A DNA stretch of 64,000 nucleotides from positions 374,001 through 438,000 of the forward strand of contig MU057809.1 in the NCBI GenBank assembly GCA_013265495.1. Direction: 5' to 3'. Of the stretch, positions 44,451-56,475 are shown in pieces. Position 1 is the stretch's first letter. Each line of letters opens with the position of its first letter. Both the position numbers and the translations under genes were made by a program. Source of the DNA: Vicugna vicugna (lineage: Eukaryota). The notes beneath the pieces are model-generated. The model was given only the letters and a program-made list of their open reading frames with translations, was not told where the DNA came from and ran no database searches.

Positions 44451-46438
44451 GTCTCCCTCCACGACCAAACCCGAGGGGCCGTTGTGGACCCTTGCGGGTT
44501 CCCTAGAGCCACTGGGCACGGCTTCCAGGGAGCGAGGCTTGAACTGGGACTTGGGGGCAGCACCTGAGTGAGGGCAGGGCAGTAATACTGGGGTCTGCCT
44601 CTGAGCCTTGGGCAAGAAGCCCTCCACTGCAGAGGGCACCTCAACTCCACCCTCCTCTCTTGAGACGCGTCCCGGGAGGGGCGTGTCCCAAGTGGGGCGT
44701 GTCCCAGGTGCGCTGTGTTCCGGGAGGGGCGTGTCCCCGGAGCCTTAGTGGGGCTTGCCTGGTTTTGGACTTTTCTGCAAGTCAGTATCAGTCACTCAGA
44801 CCCCTTCGTCTCTATTAGTTTTACGTCTGTGGTTGTGACAGTCATCTCCAGCTCTCGAAGCTGTCCTGTCTGCAGGACTGTCTTAGCCAGCTTCGCGGAG
44901 ACCAACCGATCACGGACTTAGGATTTGAGGGGTGGAAATTCCTCCTGCTCCAATGGATTCCAGCCCATCCACCCACGCTCACGTGTTCCTGGCCATGTGC
45001 CCGGGGGCCACACCCCAACCATCTTCAGACTCCAGGAGACACGCAGGCCTTTGGAGGCCTGTTGGCCCCAGGGAGCCTGTGAGGACTGGTCAGTGAGGGG
45101 GGTTAAAATGTGCCCGGGGTTTGTTTTAATCAGGAAGGGTAGGACATTGGGACTCAGGACTGTCACGAGGGAAGTAGACACACGGATCCCTAGGGACAGG
45201 AGGCAGGCGCAGGTGCGGGGGGGCAGAGGGAGGGAGGGGCGGGGGGGGCAGGGCCCTTGTTGGTGTTTCCGAGGGGAGGAGTGGGCGGGGCAGGACAGGC
45301 AAGTTTGAGCCAGCTAAGGATGGACTGGTTTGAATCATGTGGGTCGGCTCTCAGGCTGTCCCTAGTTGTCTGGTACCTGCCCTGGGGGATGGTGGGGCAG
45401 AGCCTCCTGCCTCCTGGAGTGTGAGAGCCAGAGAGAGGAGCAGTGTGAGTGCTCGATTTGCCTTTGAAAGGCGGAGCCCTGGGGTGAGTGGTTTTTTGGC
45501 TCTAGGAGCGGCAGTGTTTCCCACTCAGGCCCCAGATGCCAGAGCATCAGAAACTTAGGAAATGAGAAAATGCTGTTCGTGCATGTGACCCCACCCTCCT
45601 GGAGCTCTGGTTCAAACCTCTTTACCAACCACTGGGCCAAGTGCAGGGACTGCGGAGGGCTGGGGGAGCCCTGAGCGCCCAGCTGGGGACACAGTGCAGG
45701 GGAGGGTGCCTGGACGCTGGAAGGGCCCACTCAGAGCCACCGCCTGGTGCCCGGGCCTAGAGTGTGTGGCCGAGTGCTTCTCGAAGCCTGCCCTCGGTTG
45801 TCTTGGCCTGCTTCTCCGGAAGCTGCCTAGAGCCCTGTCTGCTCCCTGTGCACAATCCTGTGGGGTCCTCATGGTGGCTCAGCGGGCCGGTGAGGGCAGC
45901 CACCCAGGGTTGCTTTGCCCCAGGAGTGGGGAGTGCAGCGGCAGCTCTGAGGTTAGAGCTGACTGAAGGCCCCACCATCATCTTTCCAGGCAGCAGCCTG
46001 GCAGGGTGGGGAGTGGGGCCACAGCAGTGGGAGCCATCTGTGAAGAAACTGGCCTTATATTTTCTGGGGTTTGCTCCCCTTCTCTACAGGAAGCAACCTC
46101 AGGCCCCCGCCGGTCACCTGGGCAGAGCATGAGGGAGGCATGGACTCCCCTCTCCCCTGAGCCCCTCAGAGCCCCTTGGAGCCTCACAGCAGCCATGAGA
46201 AAGTTGGTGGGTGCTCACATTTGATTGCCTACCACCTGACATGGCCTCCCTCTGACCTGGGTTCTGGGGCGTGACCTGTGCTAGATACTAGGTGCCTCCA
46301 CTGACAGCGGGAGGTGGGCCTGAGCGGTGAGGCCAGGGGTCTCAGCAGCCTGGGATGACCCTATGCCCGAGTTCCTTAGGCAGACTCACTGCTCACGTTC
46401 CTGCTGGGGTGGTGGCAAGGACTTAGGGGGGAAACATA

Positions 46439-46823
46439 CATTATGGTCTGAATCGTGTCCCCTCAAAATTCCCATGTAGAAGTCCTAGCCTCCAGCAGCT
46501 CAGAAAGGGACTGTGTTTGGAGACAGGGTCCTTTAAAAAGGTGATTAAGGTAAAATGAGGTGGCTGGGGTGGGTCCTACCCCAAGAGGACTGATGTCCTT
46601 ATAAGAAGAGGAGATTAGGACTCACATGCACAGAGGGAGGAGCTCGTGAGGACGCAGGAGAAGACGGCAGTCTGCACGCCAAGGAGGGAGGCCTCAGGGG
46701 GAACCTGCCTCCGATACTTTGATTTCAGACTTCTGGGCTCTAGAACCGAGACAAGACATTTCTGCTGTTTAAGCCCCACCCGGCCTGGGATATTTGTTAC
46801 AGCAGCCCGAGCAGACAGATGCA
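46439..46823 (+). mobile_element. ERVL-MaLR solo LTR, MLT1B-like
   Basis: TTATGGTCTGAATCGTGTCCCCTCAAAATT ... GTCCTTATAAGAAGAGGA ... TTTCTGCTGTTTAAGCC ... TTTGTTACAGCAGCCCGAGCAGAC; ~385 bp. Confidence 0.85.
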
Positions 46824-48269
46824 GTGCATAGGACTGAGAGGCACAGGTCCGCTGTGAGGGAGGTGCCTGCTATTGAAGCTGTTACGGGCAGCCTCACCTG
46901 GGCCCTGGGTGACTTGGGGGTGGGGATTCCGGCAACCCCCAGACTCGGTGTCCTCACTGGGGAGGCGGCTCCTTCGGGGTCTCTCCAAGATTTGGGGACA
47001 GATCTGCTCCCCCAGGAGACTAAGGCCAGAGCACCTCTTAGGCTTCTTTCAGATCAAGCAGCCCAGGACAGAAAAGGGGTCTCTCACGTCCCATCCTAAA
47101 GTCAGGGTTGTCCCCTGCCCGCCTTGCCTGGGGAAGAGGCTGGGGGCTCTGGGCAGGGCCTTCAGGACGTCCGCAGCTGTCTCTGTCCAGGAGATGTTTC
47201 TGTCACTCAGGGTCCTCCGTGCAGGTGGAAGAGAGCCTTGGCGTGGCCTGGGCCTTGGTCTCTGTGGAGGGAGGCTGGCGTGAGGGGCGGAGGGCCCTTC
47301 CCAGCTTTTAGCTGCAGATTTATGTAAATGTGGATTATGGAATTTGGCCCCAATTCCGTCTCCCCGTCCCTCCGCCCCTCCCTGGAGCATCCTGGGCATT
47401 GGCACCCGTTGGTGGGTGGATTTCGGCAGCCTGTCCATGAGTGGCACTTAATTCTCAGGCAAATGTCTACTTATCTCACTGTGAGGTGGGCTTAAGGCAT
47501 TTGCAAGGGACTGCCTGGCTCAGCCCTGTCTCAGCCTGGGGGTTTGGGGGGTGGAAGGGAGGGGGTGCAGCCAGGCCACAGAAGTGGGATGTCTCTGAGC
47601 CTTATGCACGGTTTCTCATGGATTCATCATCTGAGAATCTCATGCAGATGCTGGGGCAGCCCCACCGACCTCCCCCTGCGCTTTGACTCTGGGTGGGTCT
47701 CTCTGCTTCCCCATCCAAGGAAACAGGAACAGTGGCCCACCCTGCAGGGTGGGGACAAGGCCAGGGAGCCTGTCACCTGGAACCTGGCCTGTACCACTTC
47801 TGATTTAGAAAGATGCAGGAGACAGCTGTGGAGTAAGCTAAAACTCAGGTCTGGTCAGGCCTCCTGCACTGCCCTCCTTCCCCACCAAGCAAGGAGCCAG
47901 CCCTGCTGGGAAGACTCTGGACTGAGAGGGCCACCCGCAGGACCAGGCCGCGGGCCCCGTTGGGCCTCCTCGGGGCTGTGAGGAAGTTGCAGTTTAACGA
48001 GCCACGTCTGGGAGGGCAGCGGGCGGCCTGAGCCAGGTTTGCTGGCTGGCCCTGCTCACACTCCCTGAGCCCTTCGTCCTCTTCGCTGAGCCCAGCTTGC
48101 CCAGCACCTGCGGGACCCAAGCCCCACTGTGCTGGATTGGGATCATTTGGACTGGGATCCCGGGAGGGCTGAGGCCCCGTGGATGGAGGTGACCACTCTA
48201 CCCTGGTCTTCGACCTTCCCCATCCATCTCCCCTTCTCCCTCCGGTTTCAGAGCCACCAGAACCACGAA

Positions 48270-48512
48270 ATTCGTTCTAAAAAAATTACACCTTCATTCC
48301 GCTGCTAATCCCTAACTCCCTTAATTAAGTCAATGGTAGCCTAAATTGTTCTAAACATCTTTTGGGGGATTATATATTCTAATCATCATTATCCAAAGAA
48401 TATTTGATTATATAGTCATCATATGATCAAGAGTAAAAATTATAATCCAAAAAAGGCATTTAATAGCACTCTAAACGCCTGGGTATTTGATAAAGGGTGT
48501 GAGAGGATTAGG
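48270..48512. promoter_or_regulatory. Candidate enhancer block with four TAATCC sites
   Basis: TAATCC/GGATTA at 48306, 48367, 48443, 48505. Confidence 0.5.
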
Positions 48513-48921
48513 TGCTGGACTGAAGGACAGGGTGGGACCCCAGCCAAGGACAGGAGCTGTCGCTCTGCTTTGAGACGTAAGACCCCAATCTGAGCAAAGA
48601 GGAAAAAGAACCAGTTGTTTCCCCTGGCTGTGCCCGCTTCTTGGCTAACAGGGTGCCTTGTTTGAACAGCTGTTTGGAAATGATTTCCACACGTTATCGC
48701 TAGGTTTGGGTTTCAGGGGAGTTTTGTGGGAGCCCTTGAGCTGGCTGACAAGGTTCTGTGAGGTCTCCTGGCCGGTGTGCCAGGATTGAGTGGTGACTGG
48801 CCTCCGGGGTGGTGGCCCCAGTTCCTGCTGGTGAGGCCCCACCCCCTGCGAAGTTTAATGAGGCACCTTACAGCTCCCAGGGAGCCCTGGGGAGGAGGGC
48901 AGACAGCAGCTTGTGGCTTGC

Positions 48922-49096
48922 CAGCTGTGCGACCCAGGACACGTCACTTAACCTCTCTGTGCCTGGGTTTCCACACCTGTGAAATGGAGATGCTATGGGG
49001 TCCAGTCAGTTTGTGGTGTGTTAAGTGAGATGGTGCTAAGAAATGCTCGGATAACACCTGGCCCGAAGCTAGCAATCCGTGAGCGGGAGCTGCTAT
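48922..49096 (+). mobile_element. MIR
   Basis: GCTGTGCGACC...GTCACTTAACCTCTCTGTGCCTGGGTTTCCACACCTGTGAAATGG...TTAAGTGAGAT. Confidence 0.75.
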
Positions 49097-51111
49097 AAAT
49101 AGTTTGACAGGGACACAAGAGCTGTCCCCGCCATGATCTCAGAGCTACTCAGGTGAGACTTCTCCGGCATCCTGGGGTGTCTCCCTGTCCATCTGCCTTT
49201 CCTAGGGTCACAGGATCCCGTGTGGAACTGGAGGGTCTTCCAAATTACTGAGCCCAGTCTTCTCCACTTGAAGAAGGGGAAACTGAGGCCCGGAGGGAGG
49301 GCTGCTGGGGAGAGAATCGGGGCTAGAAACCTGTATCTCTAGGCTCCAAGTCTGCTTTCTGGTGGGAGCCCCCAGAAAGCTTAATTCATACCCAGGAACT
49401 GCTCTCTGCATGGTATTTGTGGGGTGGGAAGGAAGGGGGCGTGCCCAGCAGTGTGCCAGCCACGGGGGGCGTGTCCCTGCCCCAGGGTTGCCCTCTGTAG
49501 GGAGCTGGACAAGCCCATCCGGGAGCCCGCCACCCCAGGACCCGGCGGGGAGGGTGGCGGGAGGTGGGGCAGGTGGCATCTCCCGGCGGGCAGCGGGAGG
49601 CGGGCTTGGGGTGAGAGCGTGGAGGCCGCTTGCGGAGGAGAACTTTATGCCCTTCCAGTCATTCTTCATGTTTGTTTTCCTCCTGATAAGTAAATGAATC
49701 CTCTGCGCACTGTAAGGAATCTGGAAAGTGCAAACGTGGAACAATAAAACAGGAAAAAAAAAACCACCCTCAAGTTTCTGAGTTGCGGGCCTGATTTGGT
49801 TTAAAATCCTATGTCCAAAATCCATCCGTGGCTTCTTGGTCACTGCCTCGTGAAAACTGGGCATTCCCGGCCCTTCCTGCACCCTGTCCGGCAGGCCCCC
49901 GGCTGCCTTAAGCCATGGCCCTCACGCCACCTTCGCTGCCTCGGACGCTCTTCCTCCTCTCCCTGCCCACCTGGCAAACTCCTACTCATCCTCTAAGGCC
50001 CCACACAAGGGCCTCTCCTCTGGAAAGCCCACTTGATTCCCTCAGGCAGGACCACTGGCTTTGCTTTCAGTCCGCACCTCTACAACAGCGCCTGTCGCAG
50101 GGCTCAGGCCAGCATTCCACAAGTGAGGTTGCCTGACGCGCCCATCCTACGGGCGGGCGAGGACACTGGGGTCCAAGGGCGGGGCATGACCTGTGTGGGC
50201 TGGCCTGGCTGGACCCCAGGCCTCCTGCTGCCCTGGCTCAGCTGCCTTCCCGAACGTCCTGAGCTCTGTGACTGTCACCCTCAGGGCCTGCTGCTTAAGA
50301 TGACCGTGCTTCTGGACTGACCTTAGTGTTTGCCAGCACGCGACATCCTGGGATACCTCTTCCTGCTCAGCCACTGCCCCTGGCACCAGCGAGATGTCCT
50401 GAGTCCCCTCCACCCACGTCTGCTGAAGCCGTTTGAGACGAAGTTACGACACAGGTGTTAAAGCCACTTTTCGGAGTGAAACATCTGTCGTTTACCTTTG
50501 TGACGCTGCGGGGACGGCGCTGAGGACAATCCCGTTGCATTTAATTTATTTTCTTCAGAATTCTGCAGCGAGAAGGGCAGGTTCCCAGGTGTTCTGTGCA
50601 GACAAATCAGGCTCCTGTGGTGTGAGGAAGCCCCCACCCCAGTGGGAGGATGGGCCCACCCTCCTGCGCGACCCTCCCAGGGGCTGGCATCCCCAGGCTG
50701 ATTTATTCCTCTTCAAAGCAGCCAGGGGCCACTGTGGGAACGCTGGATGACACCTTCCTCTGCCCCTCCCCAGCGCCCCAGGCCCCAGTGACGAAGGAGC
50801 TGGGGGTGGACCGGAGTCCCAGTGTGGGTGGCTGGCCCCAGGCAGAGAAGCCTCACTGAACCCCCAGCCGGGTGGGGACTCTGCTCATCCACGTCTCTCA
50901 TCCCTGTCCTCCCAGCACCCAGAGCCCAGAACATCCCTTCCCCTGGCTGGTCTTCTGGGAACCGCACCCCTCCTCCAGGGTGAGGGCACTGTAGAGGGAG
51001 TGCTTGTCTGGATGTCTGTCCCCAACCCAGGGGTGACAGTGAAACCCAAATTTAGGGACACCAGTGTTTTAAAAGCCCTTTCCAGGCCTCATGTCCCAGC
51101 ACCCCTGAGAG

Positions 51112-51205
51112 GCTGATAGAGGAAGCAGAGACTCAGAGAGGTTCAGAAACTTGCTGGAGGACACACAGCTGGGCCAAGGCCGAGCAGGATGTGAAGACAG
51201 ATGCG
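51112..51205 (-). mobile_element. MIR fragment
   Basis: GAGGAAGCAGAGACTCAGAGAGGTTCAGAAACTTGCTGGAGGACACACAGCT. Confidence 0.6.
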
Positions 51206-52424
51206 AGTTGCCCTGCGCTGGACCCTTCCCACTCTGCGTCCCCAGGAGGGCTGACGGCCAGTACTGCGAGGGGCAGGGGGCAGGGGGTGGGCTGGGCCTG
51301 GTCGAGGCTGCGGGGTGAAGTGGTCTCTGAACCAGGCCTCGGGCTAAGAGCAGACCCTCACCTCCATCCATCTTGCCTCTGACATCAGGCAACTCTGCTC
51401 TTCTGAAATAACAAGGCCCTGCCCTCCCGGCTACCTGAGAGCTGCCAGCCGGCCTGGGGACCCTTTGTGGGGATGGGTGTGGCAGAGAGAGAGAAAGGGA
51501 GGCAGAGACCAGCCTTCCCCACCCGCCCTGCCCCACAGCCAGGCTACTGGGGACCCAGCAGTCCCTCCCGTCTGCCTGCGCCCCAAGGAGCGTCCATGGA
51601 TGTCCCCCCCCCAACCCCACCCTGGCTTTTTTGAGGCTGAGCCCATGCAGGGATCTTGGGATAAATGCTTCCCACTCTGGGGCTGAGGAACCCGAGGCCC
51701 GGGGGACCTGGGGTGCTGAGGGTTGCTCACGTCAGCTCCTGCGAGCCTCCTTACCTCCCCGGCACCCTCTGGAGGGGCCCTCTCCCAGGCGGCAGAGCCG
51801 GGGTGAAGATGTGAACCAACCTGGGTTCTGCACGACGGAGGGCCGAGCCCCAGATGACCTCTGCGTGGGGCAGGTTGGGGTGCAGGAGAGGAGCTGTGGG
51901 GCCCTTGGGGCGAGTCGGCCTCCCCTCGGGGTCTCGCGAGGCAGCAGGCGGGCGGTGATGGATGCGGGCCGAGCTGGAGCCACGCGGGCAAGCTGTTTTC
52001 CTCCTGACCACTTACGTTTGATTGGAAGGATTGGTTTCAGCCTGGCTGAGCCGGACCGGGGCCCAGGCACCGCCCCAGCACCGTCTCCCATCAAACGCCA
52101 TGAATAATTTAGTCTCTAATTAAAAGTGAGGTCAAGCCATGAGAAATGGCTGGATGGTCGGTGGCTCGGTGATGCATTAAGTTGCTGGCAGATCTGAGGC
52201 GGGTGGGCAGGGGGCTCCAGTTCATTCACCAAACCTTCCAGCCTTGGTTCACCGTGCAGGCAGCGGGGACCACCCTGGGGGCAGGGTCCCTGAGTGAGAG
52301 GTGGTGGGCTACCCAGAGAGCCACCCCCAGCCCCAGGGTTAGCACCTCCACCGTTGTCCCCTGAGGGGCCCCCTTCCGTCCAGCCCCCACCCTGTGTTCC
52401 CCAAACACACCAGCTCCATCCTGC

Positions 52425-52722
52425 TGTAGCCTGTGTTCTTTCTGGAACATTCTTCCCCCAGATATCTGCTAGGCCTGCTTCCTCACTGCATTCAGGCCCC
52501 TGCTCAGATGTCACCGTGCCCATCCCTCTGTCCACACCCCGTGCCCCAGCCTGTTCTCTCTGACCTGCATCCTGCCCCTTGCTGCTCAGCAGGCCCCTTG
52601 GCTTACCACCCCGTTGACCACTCAGTCGTTGTCGTCCTCCAGCTAGAGCATCAGGGTGGGGCCTTTCCCAGGTCCCCGTGTCCTCAGCACTGAGGACAGT
52701 GCCTGGCACAGAGTGGTCCCCT
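52425..52722 (+). mobile_element. L2 3' fragment
   Basis: CTGGAACATTCTTCCCCCAGATATCTGC...CTGCTCAGATGTCACC...ACAGTGCCTGGCACAGAGTGG. Confidence 0.7.
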
Positions 52723-53267
52723 GACGGGGGTCTCCCCAGCACAGCGCTCCCCTGGGGGCAGCCAGGTGTTGGCCCCCTCTCCCTCCCTCCTCCTGGTCCC
52801 AGAGACCCAGAAGACAGACCTCTGGTCCCTCCCCCTGAAAGTCACATCTGAGCCTTGTGCTGTCCCCTCTGCCCTGGGACAGCCAGAGGCGCACGCTACC
52901 TGGCCGCAGACGGCACCACGGCCGGTGGTTGCCTCAGGGGAGCCCAGCCCCTGCCTGTAGGTGCTCACGTTCCTGATGGGTCAAGGCTAAGAATGGCGAT
53001 GGCTGGGCAGCCCTGCCCAGGGGGCTGCCGGCTGGGGGCCAGGATGGAGGGGCAGGTGCTGGGCAGGGGCCTAGATCCTGACACCCTTGTGCCCTCCCTG
53101 GGAGGACATCAGACCCAGCAGTTAACCCCAGGAGTCACTGCTCTGCACTCATGTCCTGGCAGGCCAGACCCCGCCCCAGGGGACACGCCCCACCCGGGCC
53201 CAGGAGACCCTCGGAGGGGTGCCCGGGTCATGAAGCACTCTCTGGGCTCCCTGTGGTGGGAGAATGT

Positions 53268-53365
53268 TCCCACATTCTAGAGGGGAAAACCGAGGCACAG
53301 AGAGGTTGAGTGACTTGCCCCAAGCCCCCTAGCCGGTCAGCGGCCAGGAGCTGGTTTGGGCCGGG
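53268..53365 (-). mobile_element. MIR fragment
   Basis: GGGGAAAACCGAGGCACAGAGAGGTTGAGTGACTTGCCCCAAG. Confidence 0.7.
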
Positions 53366-53769
53366 GCTGGCCCCTCCCCGACTGGCTGTGGGAAAGTGGG
53401 CAGTGCAGGCGCCTCGGGGTCTCGGTGGCTTCCTCTGCAGAACAGACCACGCTCCTGCCAACACGCGGCCCGCCCCTCCAGAGGGGCGAGAGTCCAGGGT
53501 GGAGCTTTGACTCAGACACACCCCATCCTGAGGCTGCCACTGCTGGGGGGCCAGCACAAGGCTGGGAACCTGGCTGGGCAAGTCCGCTGGAGAGCCGGAG
53601 ACCAGGCTAGCAAACCCAGCCGCCCCAGGGCTGAGCGGCAGGTCCCAGCTGCAGCCGCGGCCGGCCAGAGCCGTGCCGGCCGGCGGCTCTCCGGCTCCTG
53701 TGCTGGGTGGTGGTTTGTGTTTTCTGAGTGGAACTGGCGAGGGGAGGGGGCGCCGCTGGCCCTTGGGTA

Positions 53770-54130
53770 GCAGATTAAAGATGGATATATTGTTTGTTAC
53801 AATCAAGACCTCTGATTTCAGTTTTATAAATTTTTAAAATATTAATTATATTTTGGAAAGTGTGCCGAGGTGAACGCATTAGCCGCTGCTCCCTGCTTAG
53901 CCGGCAGCTCTGCTGTTTGGCCCAGATTAGCTGCCGAGGAGGAGGTTGGGGCATTTTAATCCACCTTGTTAAGTTATTAAATTCTCTCTATTTACGCACG
54001 GATCCCACTTTCATTAGCATTGTAACAGGTGCTCATTAACAATTTATCATTTGGGAGGCGGCATAAGACCACAGCCAGAGAGACATTGCTACAAAGTTTA
54101 CTCTTAATTACAAGGAAGCGGCTTTGAGGG
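53770..54130. promoter_or_regulatory. Candidate enhancer block
   Basis: AT-rich island with ATTA, CATTGT/AACAAT and forkhead-like motifs. Confidence 0.45.
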
Positions 54131-54871
54131 CAAAACAAGGCTGCCACCCCTCCCCCTGCCTCCCTGCCCTCCCCCTCCCTCATGGCCCCCCTCTGGGGGC
54201 CCAGAGGCTTCCAGAAGTTCAGGGCCTGCTTGCTCTGGTCATTCTGGGCTCCCAGAGGAGCAGCCCACAGATGAGAGCCCAGTCTGGGCACTGAGGCACT
54301 GGGACAGAAGCTTGACCCCTGGGCTGTGGCCTCCTGAGCCCCTGAGGGGTGGAAGGAGCTGGGCCCAGAACCAGCCAGGGCTCCATTTCCCACCAGGTGC
54401 CCTGGCAATGACTTAACCTCTAAAAGCCTCTTTGGCCTCCTCTCTAGAGTCCAGATGGTACCAGTGCTGGTGGAAAGGTTGTCTGCAGGATTACCTGGGA
54501 GGGCCTGTAGACGCCTGCTTGGCCAGGATGGGGCGGGAAGGGCCTGGAGAGGCGCTGGACCCCATACCTGCCTTCTGGGAGCCCTCAGGGGAGCCGTGGG
54601 CTACAGGAGGGGCTGGGGGTGCGGGACCCTCCAGAGGGAGGAGGTGGGGTGTCCTTGCATCCTCCCACAACCCATGAGGGGGCCCAGGGAGGTCATGCTG
54701 ATGCACAGGAAGGGGTGGCCAAGCCCAGGCATGAGGCGGGGCCCGAGGGGGCTCCCAGCTGGCAGCTGCCTTTGCTGATGGTCTAGCTTTCCCGAGCACC
54801 CACTCAGGGCCCCACAGTGGGTGTGCCATCAGCAGGCTGTTTGGGGGGTCCTCAGAGTCCAGTGTCACTAC

Positions 54872-54963
54872 TTTCTTTTCCGCCTTAACGGAGACACTGG
54901 GGATTGAACCCAGGACCTCGTGCACACCAAGCACTTGCTCTACCACTGAGCTGTACCCTCACC
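54872..54963 (-). mobile_element. tRNA-derived SINE, Vic-1-like
   Basis: Reverse complement GAGGGTACAGCTCAGTGGTAGAGC...GAGGTCCTGGGTTCAATCCCCAG. Confidence 0.85.
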
Positions 54964-56100
54964 TCACGACTGTTAAACTTTTAATGCCCCTTAAAGCAGG
55001 GACACGTGTCCTTCTTCTCAAGGTGGTCGTCTATGAAGGCAACGTGTGTGCCGCCCCCTCCTGCTGCCTGGTCCCCCAGCCAGGGCCGGGGTGCTGGGTG
55101 GGGTGGGGCTGGAGGAAGGAGACTGCGGGGTGGACACTGTAGGAGGCCAGGACGGGGCGTGGGGTGGGGGCAGCAGGCACCCGGGACAGGGCCCAACATG
55201 GGAGGAGGCGGGCACTGGCAGAAGCCTCCTGGGGGGCCAGTCCCACATCCACGGTGGCAGGAACACCCCCCCCGCCCAGGCTTTGGCACCTCATATCTGC
55301 CTCTCCGGGCCCCTCCGCTCCCTCTGGGTCTGCAGGGACTGGTGCCAGGAAGCCCAGCTGACCCTGGCTCACCTCGTCCCCGCAGAGGGGCCGGTGGGGG
55401 TTAGCCCGCTCTGAGCTGATGCTCCACCCCTGGACGCAAGGGCTGGCTCCCAGGTCACCCGCAGGCCCTGAGCCTCCTGCTGCGTCTGCAGCCCCTGGGC
55501 CAGGTGTGACGAAGCCGCCCACCTCCACTGCCCTTGTGCTCTCCCTGGCCCCAGGGCGGGGGCTTCCTGGGGCAGCCTGGCCTCTCCAGACGCCTTAGAT
55601 AATCGTCCTCATAATCGCCTTCCCTCACATGCTCCTTTAAAACATATTTCCAGGGTGTTTTCCACGGACAGGGCTTTTAATATTCATCTCAGCACTGACA
55701 ATTTCCCTGCCTTGTTACGGGAGCTGGTGTCGGTTTTTCTTTGTATCTTTGGACAGTCGGTTTATTCGGAGCCACTTAAAGGCTCAAAAGTGATTCTCTT
55801 TTATAATTTGAGGAGTTTCATGGGCTGAACATCAAAGTGATGGCCAAGACTGTTTCCCTCCCATCCTTCTCTCCGCCGCCAGATGGGCCCCCTGCCACTC
55901 TCAGTGCCCCCAGGCTTCCTGAACTCCAGCTTTGTTCAGGGGGCCGGTGGGGTGCATTTGATCTAGGGTTCTGGAGAGCAGTGAGGACAGGGGAGGGACT
56001 CTTGGCTCAGAGGCTCAGGCCCGTGCTGGGTGCTGCCCCATCTCCAGCCTGAAAGAACCACCTGGGCCTCAGTTTTCTCATCTTTAAAATGGGTGTCTTG

Positions 56101-56267
56101 AGGGGTATAGCTCAAGTGGCAGAGCACATGCTCAGCATGCACGAGGTCCTGGGTTCAATCCCCAGCACTTCCTCTAACAATAAATAAACCCAGTTACCGA
56201 CCCCCCCAGCCAAAATAATTAAACAATACAATAATACATTAATTACTTTAAAAAAATAAAATAAAAT
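56101..56267 (+). mobile_element. tRNA-derived SINE, Vic-1-like, full length with 14-bp target-site duplication
   Basis: GGGTATAGCTCAAGTGG...GGTCCTGGGTTCAATCCCCAG, A-rich tail; TSD AAATGGGTGTCTTG at 56087-56100 and 56268-56281. Confidence 0.92.
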
Positions 56268-56379
56268 AAATGGGTGTCTTGGCTCAGAGCAGGGCCATAC
56301 ACTCGAATGCCCACCCATAGGGACCAGGCCACCCTGACAGGAGGGGCCGGCTGGGTCCATCAGCCCAAAGAAGGATCCG

Positions 56380-56475
56380 TCCATTCAGCAGCACTGTTTG
56401 AGCACCTACTGTGCACCAAGCACTGTTCTGGGTGCTGGGGGCCACAGGAACCAAACCAAATTCCTGTCCTGGTGG
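56380..56475 (-). mobile_element. L2 3' end fragment
   Basis: CATTCAGCAGCACTGTTTGAGCACCTACTGTGCACCAAGCACTGTTCTGGGTGCTGGGG. Confidence 0.7.

Noticed and set aside
55655..55675. REST/RE1 site (CCACGGACAG; also near 57409)
   Set aside because: Only the right half matches; TTCAGCA half absent.
56101..56175. tRNA gene (also 2408, 5103, 12800, 54890)
   Set aside because: A/B boxes present, but A-rich tails, a TSD and multiple diverged copies indicate SINEs.
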